Shown: positions 1-11,300 of the stretch, in pieces
Position numbering within the stretch: the first letter of the stretch is position 1
Layout: each line of letters starts with the position of its first letter
From: Auanema rhodensis
Taxonomy: Eukaryota; Animalia; Nematoda
NCBI GenBank assembly: GCA_964057225.1
Contig: OZ059895.1
Span: 23,498,001-23,562,000, forward strand
Length of the DNA stretch: 64,000 nt
Direction: 5' to 3'
The notes under the pieces: generated by a model
The model's database searches: none
The model's input: the letters and a program-made list of their open reading frames with translations, nothing else
Told to the model about the DNA's origin: nothing
Translations under genes and position numbers: made by a program

Positions 1-47
1 TTTGCCTTGAAAAAAGGAATCTAAAAACATCTACTTTTTGCTAAATT

Positions 48-82
48 ATTTTGAAATTTTTCGAAAAAATTTTTGTCAAAAT
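48..82. other. A/T-tract palindrome centred on TTCGAA within each monomer
   Basis: Perfect 12-bp palindrome TTTTTCGAAAAA (57-68), flanked by ATTTTGA (48-54) and TCAAAAT (76-82). Confidence 0.85.
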
Positions 83-95
83 GTTTTTGGAAGCA

Positions 96-123
96 ATGTT
101 GAGTGTACATGGAAACTCAACAT
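96..123. other. 9-bp perfect inverted repeat within each monomer
   Basis: ATGTTGAGT (96-104), a 10-nt loop, then ACTCAACAT (115-123). Confidence 0.9.
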
Positions 124-206
124 ACACTAAGGCATCATTTTTCAAACGATCATAACTAATTTTTGTATTAAGCGTTTCTCAATGTAGTATAGTGCATTCG
201 ATGCAG

Positions 207-257
207 ATTTTTAAGCTGCGTCGATCTGTGTTATCAGATTTGCGCTAGCTTAAAAAT
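207..257. other. 51-nt hairpin/dyad within each monomer (coordinates given for monomer 1)
   Basis: ATTTTTAAGCT (207-217) and AGCTTAAAAAT (247-257) are perfect reverse complements. Inside them lie GCG/CGC and ATCTG (224-228)/CAGAT (235-239) around a TGTTAT loop. Confidence 0.9.
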
Positions 258-274
258 GCACCGAGATATCAACT

Positions 275-296
275 GATATAAGTTCACACTTATATC
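275..296. other. 9-bp perfect inverted repeat within each monomer
   Basis: GATATAAGT (275-283), loop TCAC, then ACTTATATC (288-296). It overlaps a second dyad ATATCA-ac-TGATAT (266-279). Confidence 0.9.
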
Positions 297-1053
297 CTCG
301 ATTTTCACCCTGAAGAATCAATTTTTTCGTTGAATAACATTGTCCATCGTCTTTGCCTTGAAAAAAGGAATCTAAAAACATCTACTTTTTGCTAAATTAT
401 TTTGAAATTTTTCGAAAAAATTTTTGTCAAAATGTTTTTGGAAGCAATGTTGAGTGTACATGGAAACTCAACATACACTAATGCATCATTTTTCAAACGA
501 TCATAACTAATTTTTGTATTAAGCGTTTCTCCATGTAGTATAGTGCATTCGATGCGGATTTTTAAGCTGCGTCGATCTGTGTTATCAGATTTGCGCTAGC
601 TTAAAAATGCACCGAGATATCAACTGATATAAGTTCACACTTATATCCTCGATTTTCACCCTGAAGAATTAATTTTTTCGTTGAATAACATTGTCCATCG
701 TCTTTGCCTTGAAAAAAGGAATCTAAAAACATCTACTTTTTGCTAAATTATTTTGAAATTTTTCGAAAAAATTTTTGTCAAAATGTTTTTGGAAGCAATG
801 TTGAGTGTACATGGAAACTCAACATACACTAATGCATCATTTTTCAAACGATCATAACTAATTTTTGTACTAAGCGTTTCTCAATGTAGTATAGTGCATT
901 CGATGCGGATTTTTAAGCTGCGTCGATCTGTGTTATCAGATTTGCGCTAGCTTAAAAATGCACCGAGATATCAACTGATATATGTTCACACTTATATCCT
1001 CGATTTTCACCCTGAAGAATTAATTTTTTCGTTGAATAACAATGTCCATCGTC

Positions 1054-3861
1054 TTTGCCTTGAAAAAAGGAATCTAAAAACATCTACTTTTTGCTAAATT
1101 ATTTCGAAATTTTTCGAAAAAATTTTTGTCAAAATGTTTTTGGAAGCAATGTTGAGTGTACATGGAAACTCAACATACACTAATGCATCATTTTTCAAAC
1201 GATCATAACTAATTTTTGTATTAAGCGTTTCTCCATGTAGTATAGTGCATTCGATGCGGATTTTTAAGCTGCGTCGATCTGTGTTATCAGATTTGCGCTA
1301 GCTTAAAAATGCACCGAGATATCAACTGATATAAGTTCACACTTATATCCTCGATTTTCACCCTGAAGAATTAATTTTTTCGTTGAATAACATTGTCCAT
1401 CGTCTTTGCCTTGAAAAAAGGAATCTAAAAACATCTACTTTTTGCTAAATTATTTTGAAATTTTTCGAAAAAATTTTTGTCAAAATGTTTTTGGAAGCAA
1501 TGTTGAGTGTACATGGAAACTCAACATACACTAATGCATCATTTTTCAAACAATCATAACTAATTTTTGTATTGAGCGTTTCTCAATGTAGTATAGTGCA
1601 TTCGATGCAGATTTTTAAGCTGCGTCGATCTGTGTTATCAGATTTGCGCTAGCTTAAAAATGCACCGAGATATCAACTGATATAAGTTCACACTTATATC
1701 CTCGATTTTCACCCTGAAGAATTAATTTTTTCGTTGAATAACAATGTCCATCGTCTTTGCCTTGAAAAAAGAAATCTAAAAACATCTACTTTTTGCTAAA
1801 TTATTTTGAAATTTTTCGAAAAAATTTTTGTCAAAATGTTTTTGGAAGCAATGTTGAGTGTACATGGAAACTCAACATACACTAATGCATCATTTTTCAA
1901 ACGATCATAACTAATTTTTGTATTAAGCGTTTCTCCATGTAGTATAGTGCATTCGATGCGGATTTTTAAGCTGCGTCGATCTGTGTTATCAGATTTGCGC
2001 TAGCTTAAAAATGCACCGAGATATCAACTGATATAAGTTCACACTTATATCCTCGATTTTCACCCTGAAGAATTAATTTTTTCGTTGAATAACATTGTCC
2101 ATCGTCTTTGCCTTGAAAAAAGGAATCTAAAAACATCTACTTTTTGCTAAATTATTTTGAAATTTTTCGAAAAAATTTTTGTCAAAATGTTTTTGGAAGC
2201 AATGTTGAGTGTACATGGAAACTCAACATACACTAATGCATCATTTTTCAAACGATCATAACTAATTTTTGTATTAAGCGTTTTTCCATGTAGTATAGTG
2301 CATTCGATGCGGATTTTTAAGCTGCGTCGATCTGTGTTATCAGATTTGCGCTAGCTTAAAAATGCACCGAGATATCAACTGATATAAGTTCACACTTATA
2401 TCCTCGATTTTCACCCTGAAGAATTAATTTTTTCGTTGAATAACAATGTCCATCGTCTTTGCCTTGAAAAAAGGAATCTAAAAACATCTACTTTTTGCTA
2501 AATTATTTCGAAATTTTTCGAAAAAATTTTTGTCAAAATGTTTTTGGAAGCAATGTTGAGTGTACATGGAAACTCAACATACACTAATGCATCATTTTTC
2601 AAACGATCATAACTAATTTTTGTATTAAGCGTTTCTCCATGTAGTATAGTGCATTCGATGCGGATTTTTAAGCTGCGTCGATCTGTGTTATCAGATTTGC
2701 GCTAGCTTAAAAATGCACCGAGATATCAACTGATATAAGTTCACACTTATATCCTCGATTTTCACCCTGAAGAATTAATTTTTTCGTTGAATAACATTGT
2801 CCATCGTCTTTGCCTTGAAAAAAGGAATCTAAAAACATCTACTTTTTGCTAAATTATTTTGAAATTTTTCGAAAAAATTTTTGTCAAAATGTTTTTGGAA
2901 GCAATGTTGAGTGTACATGGAAACTCAACATACACTAATGCATCATTTTTCAAACAATCATAACTAATTTTTGTATTGAGCGTTTCTCAATGTAGTATAG
3001 TGCATTCGATGCAGATTTTTAAGCTGCGTCGATCTGTGTTATCAGATTTGCGCTAGCTTAAAAATGCACCGAGATATCAACTGATATAAGTTCACACTTA
3101 TATCCTCGATTTTCACCCTGAAGAATTAATTTTTTCGTTGAATAACAATGTCCATCGTCTTTGCCTTGAAAAAAGAAATCTAAAAACATCTACTTTTTGC
3201 TAAATTATTTTGAAATTTTTCGAAAAAATTTTTGTCAAAATGTTTTTGGAAGCAATGTTGAGTGTACATGGAAACTCAACATACACTAATGCATCATTTT
3301 TCAAACGATCATAACTAATTTTTGTATTAAGCGTTTCTCCATGTAGTATAGTGCATTCGATGCGGATTTTTAAGCTGCGTCGATCTGTGTTATCAGATTT
3401 GCGCTAGCTTAAAAATGCACCGAGATATCAACTGATATAAGTTCACACTTATATCCTCGATTTTCACCCTGAAGAATTAATTTTTTCGTTGAATAACATT
3501 GTCCATCGTCTTTGCCTTGAAAAAAGGAATCTAAAAACATCTACTTTTTGCTAAATTATTTTGAAATTTTTCGAAAAAATTTTTGTCAAAATGTTTTTGG
3601 AAGCAATGTTGAGTGTACATGGAAACTCAACATACACTAATGCATCATTTTTCAAACGATCATAACTAATTTTTGTATTAAGCGTTTTTCCATGTAGTAT
3701 AGTGCATTCGATGCGGATTTTTAAGCTGCGTCGATCTGTGTTATCAGATTTGCGCTAGCTTAAAAATGCACCGAGATATCAACTGATATAAGTTCACACT
3801 TATATCCTCGATTTTCACCCTGAAGAATTAATTTTTTCGTTGAATAACAATGTCCATCGTC
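1054..3861 (+). repeat. Tandem duplication of a 4-monomer unit (1404 bp x2)
   Basis: The same ordered variants (ATTTCGAA; CAATCAT+ATTGAG; AAAGAAAT; GTTTTTCC) occur in monomers 1054/1405/1756/2107 and 2458/2809/3160/3511. Confidence 0.9.
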
Positions 3862-4212
3862 TTTGCCTTGAAAAAAGAAATCTAAAAACATCTACTTTTT
3901 GCTAAATTATTTTGAAATTTTTCGAAAAAATTTTTGTCAAAATGTTTTTGGAAGCAATGTTGAGTGTACATGGAAACTCAACATACACTAATGCATCATT
4001 TTTCAAACGATCATAACTAATTTTTATATTAAGCGTTTCTCAATGTAGTATAGTGCATTCGATGCGGATTTTTAAGCTGCGTCGATCTGTGTTATCAGAT
4101 TTGCGCTAGCTTAAAAATGCACCGAGATATCAACTGATATAAGTTCACACTTAGATCCTCGATTTTCACCCTGAAGAATTAATTTTTTTGTTGAATAACA
4201 ATGTCCATCGTC

Positions 4213-4814
4213 TTTGCCTTGAAAAAACAAATCTAAAAACAACTACTTTTCGCTAAATTATTTTGAAATTTTTCGAAAAAATTTTTGTCAAAATGTTTTT
4301 GGAAGCAATGTTGAGTGTACATGGAAACTCAACATACACTAATGCATCATTTTTCAAACGATCATAACTAATTTTTGTATTAAGCGTTTCTCAATGTAGT
4401 ATAGTGCATTCGATGCGGATTTTTAAGCTGCGTCGATCTGTTTTATCAGATTTGCGCTAGCTTAAAAATGCACCGAGATATCAACTGATATAAGTTCCCA
4501 CTTATATCCTCGATTTTCACCCTGAAGAATTATTTTTGTCAAAATGTTTTTGGAAGCAATGTTGAGTGTACATGGAAACTCAACATACACTAATGCATCA
4601 TTTTTCAAACGATCATAACTAATTTTTGTATTAAGCGTTTCTCCATGTAGTATAGTGCATTCGATGCGGATTTTTAAGCTGCGTCGATCTGTGTTATCAG
4701 ATTTGCGCTAGCTTAAAAATGCACCGAGATATCAACTGATATAAGTTCACACTTATATCCTCGATTTTCACCCTGAAGAATTAATTTTTTCGTTGAATAA
4801 CATTGTCCATCGTC
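4213..4814 (+). repeat. Fused monomer pair with a 100-bp deletion (junction 4532/4533)
   Basis: GAAGAATTA|TTTTTGTCAAAATG joins monomer position 320 to position 70 of the next monomer. The next start is at 4815 rather than 4915. Confidence 0.95.
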
Positions 4815-7800
4815 TTTGCCTTGAAAAAAGGAATCTAAAAACATCTACTTTTTGCTAAATTATTTTGAAATTTTTCGAAAAAATTTTTGTCAAAATGTTT
4901 TTGGAAGCAATGTTGAGTGTACATGGAAACTCAACATACACTAATGCATCATTTTTCAAACGATCATAACTAATTTTTGTATTAAGCGTTTCTCAATGTA
5001 GTATAGTGCATTCGATGCGGATTTTTAAGCTGCGTCGATCTGTGTTATCAGATTTGCGCTAGCTTAAAAATGCACCGAGATATCAACTGATATATGTTCA
5101 CACTTATATCCTCGATTTTCACCCTGAAGAATTAATTTTTTCGTTGAATAACAATGTCCATCGTCTTTGCCTTGAAAAAAGGAATCTAAAAACATCTACT
5201 TTTTGCTAAATTATTTTGAAATTTTTCGAAAAAATTTTTGTCAAAATGTTTTTGGAAGCAATGTTGAGTGTACATGGAAACTCAACATACACTAATGCAT
5301 CATTTTTCAAACGATCATAACTAATTTTTGTATTAAGCGTTTCTCCATGTAGTATAGTGCATTCGATGCGGATTTTTAAGCTGCGTCGATCTGTGTTATC
5401 AGATTTGCGCTAGCTTAAAAATGCACCGAGATATCAACTGATATAAGTTCACACTTATATCCTCGATTTTCACCCTGAAGAATCAATTTTTTCGTTGAAT
5501 AACATTGTCCATCGTCTTTGCCTTGAAAAAAGGAATCTAAAAACATCTACTTTTTGCTAAATTATCTTGAAATTTTTCGAAAAAATTTTTGTCAAAATGT
5601 TTTTGGAAGCAATGTTGAGTGTACATGGAAACTCAACATACACTAATGCATCATTTTTCAAACGATCATAACTAATTTTTGTATTAAGCGTTTCTCCATG
5701 TAGTATAGTGCATTCGATGCGGATTTTTAAGCTGCGTCGATCTGTGTTATCAGATTTGCGCTAGCTTAAAAATGCACCGAGATATCAACTGATATAAGTT
5801 CACACTTATATCCTCGATTTTCACCCTGAAGAATTAATTTTTTCGTTGAATAACATTGTCCATCGTCTTTGCCTTGAAAAAAGGAATCTAAAAACATCTA
5901 CTTTTTGCTAAATTATTTTGAAATTTTTCGAAAAAATTTTTGTCAAAATGTTTTTGGAAGCAATGTTGAGTGTACATGGAAACTCAACATACACTAATGC
6001 ATCATTTTTCAAACGATCATAACTAATTTTTGTATTAAGCGTTTCTCAATGTAGTATAGTGCATTCGATGCGGATTTTTAAGCTGCGTCGATCTGTGTTA
6101 TCAGATTTGCGCTAGCTTAAAAATGCACCGAGATATCAACTGATATATGTTCACACTTATATCCTCGATTTTCACCCTGAAGAATTAATTTTTTCGTTGA
6201 ATAACAATGTCCATCGTCTTTGCCTTGAAAAAAGGAATCTAAAAACATCTACTTTTTGCTAAATTATTTCGAAATTTTTCGAAAAAATTTTTGTCAAAAT
6301 GTTTTTGGAAGCAATGTTGAGTGTACATGGAAACTCAACATACACTAATGCATCATTTTTCAAACGATCATAACTAATTTTTGTATTAAGCGTTTCTCCA
6401 TGTAGTATAGTGCATTCGATGCGGATTTTTAAGCTGCGTCGATCTGTGTTATCAGATTTGCGCTAGCTTAAAAATGCACCGAGATATCAACTGATATAAG
6501 TTCACACTTATATCCTCGATTTTCACCCTGAAGAATTAATTTTTTCGTTGAATAACATTGTCCATCGTCTTTGCCTTGAAAAAAGGAATCTAAAAACATC
6601 TACTTTTTGCTAAATTATTTTGAAATTTTTTGAAAAAATTTTTGTCAAAATGTTTTTGGAAGCAATGTTGAGTGTACATGGAAACTCAACATACACTAAT
6701 GCATCATTTTTCAAACAATCATAACTAATTTTTGTATTAAGCGTTTCTCAATGTAGTATAGTGCATTCGATGCAGATTTTTAAGCTGCGTCGATCTGTGT
6801 TATCAGATTTGCGCTAGCTTAAAAATGCACCGAGATATCAACTGATATAAGTTCACACTTATATCCTCGATTTTCACCCTGAAGAATTAATTTTTTCGTT
6901 GAATAACAATGTCCATCGTCTTTGCCTTGAAAAAAGAAATCTAAAAACATCTACTTTTTGCTAAATTATTTTGAAATTTTTCGAAAAAATTTTTGTCAAA
7001 ATGTTTTTGGAAGCAATGTTGAGTGTACATGGAAACTCAACATACACTAATGCATCATTTTTCAAACGATCATAACTAATTTTTGTATTAAGCGTTTCTC
7101 AATGTAGTATAGTGCATTCGATGCAGATTTTTAAGCTGCGTCGATCTGTGTTATCAGATTTGCGCTAGCTTAAAAATGCACCGAGATATCAACTGATATA
7201 AGTTCACACTTATATCCTCGATTTTCACCCTGAAGAATTAATTTTTTCGTTGAATAACATTGTCCATCGTCTTTGCCTTGAAAAAAGGAATCTAAAAACA
7301 TCTACTTTTTGCTAAATTATTTTGAAATTTTTCGAAAAAATTTTTGTCAAAATGTTTTTGGAAGCAATGTTGAGTGTACATGGAAACTCAACATACACTA
7401 ATGCATCATTTTTCAAACGATCATAACTAATTTTTGTATTAAGCGTTTCTCCATGTAGTATAGTGCATTCGATGCGGATTTTTAAGCTGCGTCGATCTGT
7501 GTTATCAGATTTGCGCTAGCTTAAAAATGCACCGAGATATCAACTGATATAAGTTCACACTTATATCCTCGATTTTCACCCTGAAGAATTAATTTTTTCG
7601 TTGAATAACAATGTCCATCGTCTTTGCCTTGAAAAAAGAAATCTAAAAACATCTACTTCTTGCTAAATTATTTTGAAATTTTTCGAAAAAATTTTTGTCA
7701 AAATGTTTTTGGAAGCAATGTTGAGTGTACATGGAAACTCAACATACACTAATGCATCATTTTTCAAACGATCATAACTAATTTTTGTATTAAGCGTTTC

Positions 7801-8341
7801 TCCATGTAGTATAGTGCATTCGATGCGGATCTTTAAGCTGCGTCGATCTGTGTTATCAGATTTGCGCTAGCTTAAAAATGCACCGAGATATCAACTGATA
7901 TAAGTTCACACTTATATCCTCGATTTTCACCCTGAAGAATTAATTTTTTCGTTGAATAACATTGTCCATCGTCTTTGCCTTGAAAAAAGGAATCTAAAAA
8001 CATCTACTTTTTGCTAAATTATTTTGAAATTTTTCGAAAAAATTTTTGTCAAAATGTTTTTGGAAGCAATGTTGAGTGTACATGGAAACTCAACATACAC
8101 TAATGCATCATTTTTCAAACGATCATAACTAATTTTTGTATTAAGCGTTTCTCCATGTAGTATAGTGCATTCGATGCGGATTTTTAAGCTGCGTCGATCT
8201 GTGTTATCAGATTTGCGCTAGCTTAAAAATGCACCAAGATATCAACTGATATAAGTTCACACTTATATCCTCGATTTTCACCCTGAAGAATTAATTTTTT
8301 CGTTGAATAACAATGTCCATCGTCTTTGCCTTGAAAAAAGA

Positions 8342-11300
8342 AATCTAAAAACATCTACTTTTTGCTAAATTATTTTGAAATTTTTCGAAAAAATTTTTGT
8401 CAAAATGTTTTTGGAAGCAATGTTGAGTGTACATGGAAACTCAACATACACTAATGCATCATTTTTCAAACGATCATAACTAATTTTTGTATTAAGCGTT
8501 TCTCAATGTAGTATAGTGCATTCGATGCAGATTTTTAAGCTGCGTCGATCTGTGTTATCAGATTTGCGCTAGCTTAAAAATGCACCGAGATATCAACTGA
8601 TATAAGTTCACACTTATATCCTCGATTTTCACCCTGAAGAATTAATTTTTTCGTTGAATAACATTGTCCATCGTCTTTGCCTTGAAAAAAGGAATCTAAA
8701 AACATCTACTTTTTGCTAAATTATTTTGAAATTTTTCGAAAAAATTTTTGTCAAAATGTTTTTGGAAGCAATGTTGAGTGTACATGGAAACTCAACATAC
8801 ACTAATGCATCATTTTTCAAACGATCATAACTAATTTTTGTATTAAGCGTTTCTCCATGTAGTATAGTGCATTCGATGCGGATTTTTAAGCTGCGTCGAT
8901 CTGTGTTATCAGATTTGCGCTAGCTTAAAAATGCACCGAGATATCAACTGATATAAGTTCACACTTATATCCTCGATTTTCACCCTGAAGAATTAATTTT
9001 TTCGTTGAATAACATTGTCCATCGTCTTTGCCTTGAAAAAAGGAATCTAAAAACATCTACTTTTTGCTAAATTATTTTGAAATTTTTCGAAAAAATTTTT
9101 GTCAAAATGTTTTTGGAAGCAATGTTGAGTGTACATGGAAACTCAACATACACTAATGCATCATTTTTCAAACGATCATAACTAATTTTTGTATTAAGCG
9201 TTTCTCCATGTAGTATAGTGCATTCGATGCGGATTTTTAAGCTGCGTCGATCTGTGTTATCAGATTTGCGCTAGCTTAAAAATGCACCGAGATATCAACT
9301 GATATAAGTTCACACTTATATCCTCGATTTTCACCCTGAAGAATTAATTTTTTCGTTGAATAACAATGTCCATCGTCTTTGCCTTGAAAAAAGGAATCTA
9401 AAAACATCTACTTTTTGCTAAATTATTTTGAAATTTTTCGAAAAAATTTTTGTCAAAATGTTTTTGGAAGCAATGTTGAGTGTACATGGAAACTCAACAT
9501 ACACTAATGCATCATTTTTCAAACGATCATAACTAATTTTTGTATTAAGCGTTTCTCAATGTAGTATAGTGCATTCGATGCGGATTTTTAAGCTGCGTCG
9601 ATCTGTGTTATCAGATTTGCGCTAGCTTAAAAATGCACCGAGATATCAACTGATATATGTTCACACTTATATCCTCGATTTTCACCCTGAAGAATTAATT
9701 TTTTCGTTGAATAACAATGTCCATCGTCTTTGCCTTGAAAAAAGGAATCTAAAAACATCTACTTTTTGCTAAATTATTTCGAAATTTTTCGAAAAAATTT
9801 TTGTCAAAATGTTTTTGGAAGCAATGTTGAGTGTACATGGAAACTCAACATACACTAATGCATCATTTTTCAAACGATCATAACTAATTTTTGTATTAAG
9901 CGTTTCTCCATGTAGTATAGTGCATTCGATGCGGATTTTTAAGCTGCGTCGATCTGTGTTATCAGATTTGCGCTAGCTTAAAAATGCACCGAGATATCAA
10001 CTGATATAAGTTCACACTTATATCCTCGATTTTCACCCTGAAGAATTAATTTTTTCGTTGAATAACAATGTCCATCGTCTTTGCCTTAAAAAAAGAAATC
10101 TAAAAACATCTACTTCTTGCTAAATTATTTTGAAATTTTTCGAAAAAATTTTTGTCAAAATGTTTTTGGAAGCAATGTTGAGTGTACATGGAAACTCAAC
10201 ATACACTAATGCATCATTTTTCAAACGATCATAACTAATTTTTGTATTAAGCGTTTCTCAATGTAGTATAGTGCATTCGATGCGGATTTTTAAGCTGCGT
10301 CGATCTGTGTTATCAGATTTGCGCTAGCTTAAAAATGCACCGAGATATCAACTGATATATGTTCACACTTATATCCTCGATTTTCACCCTGAAGAATTAA
10401 TTTTTTCGTTGAATAACAATGTCCATCGTCTTTGCCTTGAAAAAAGGAATCTAAAAACATCTACTTTTTGCTAAATTATTTTGAAATTTTTCGAAAAAAT
10501 TTTTGTCAAAATGTTTTTGGAAGCAATGTTGAGTGTACATGGAAACTCAACATACACTAATGCATCATTTTTCAAACGATCATAACTAATTTTTGTATTA
10601 AGCGTTTCTCCATGTAGTATAGTGCATTCGATGCGGATTTTTAAGCTGCGTCGATCTGTGTTATCAGATTTGCGCTAGCTTAAAAATGCACCGAGATATC
10701 AACTGATATAAGTTCACACTTATATCCTCGATTTTCACCCTGAAGAATTAATTTTTTCGTTGAATAACATTGTCCATCGTCTTTGCCTTGAAAAAAGAAA
10801 TCTAAAAACATCTACTTTTTGCTAAATTATTTTGAAATTTTTCGAAAAAATTTTTGTCAAAATGTTTTTGGAAGCAATGTTGAGTGTACATGGAAACTCA
10901 ACATACACTAATGCATCATTTTTCAAACGATCATAACTAATTTTTGTATTAAGCGTTTCTCCATGTAGTATAGTGCATTCGATGCGGATTTTTAAGCTGC
11001 GTCGATCTGTGTTATCAGATTTGCGCTAGCTTAAAAATGCACCGAGATATCAACTGATATAAGTTCACACTTATATCCTCGATTTTCACCCTGAAGAATT
11101 AATTTTTTCGTTGAATAACATTGTCCATCGTCTTTGCCTTGAAAAAAGGAATCTAAAAACATCTACTTTTTGCTAAATTATTTTGAAATTTTTCGAAAAA
11201 ATTTTTGTCAAAATGTTTTTGGAAGCAATGTTGAGTGTACATGGAAACTCAACATACACTAAGGCATCATTTTTCAAACGATCATAACTAATTTTTGTAT

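Noticed and set aside
325-341. CENP-B-box-like TTCGTTGAA
   Set aside because: Only the left half resembles the box. The essential CGGG is absent.
305-365. CTGAAGA as a hammerhead ribozyme core (retrozyme-like satellite)
   Set aside because: It matches CUGANGA, but I find no stem II followed closely by GAAA and no complementary stem I strand (GGTG is absent on this strand). The domain-B variant also destroys the motif. An Infernal scan would settle it.
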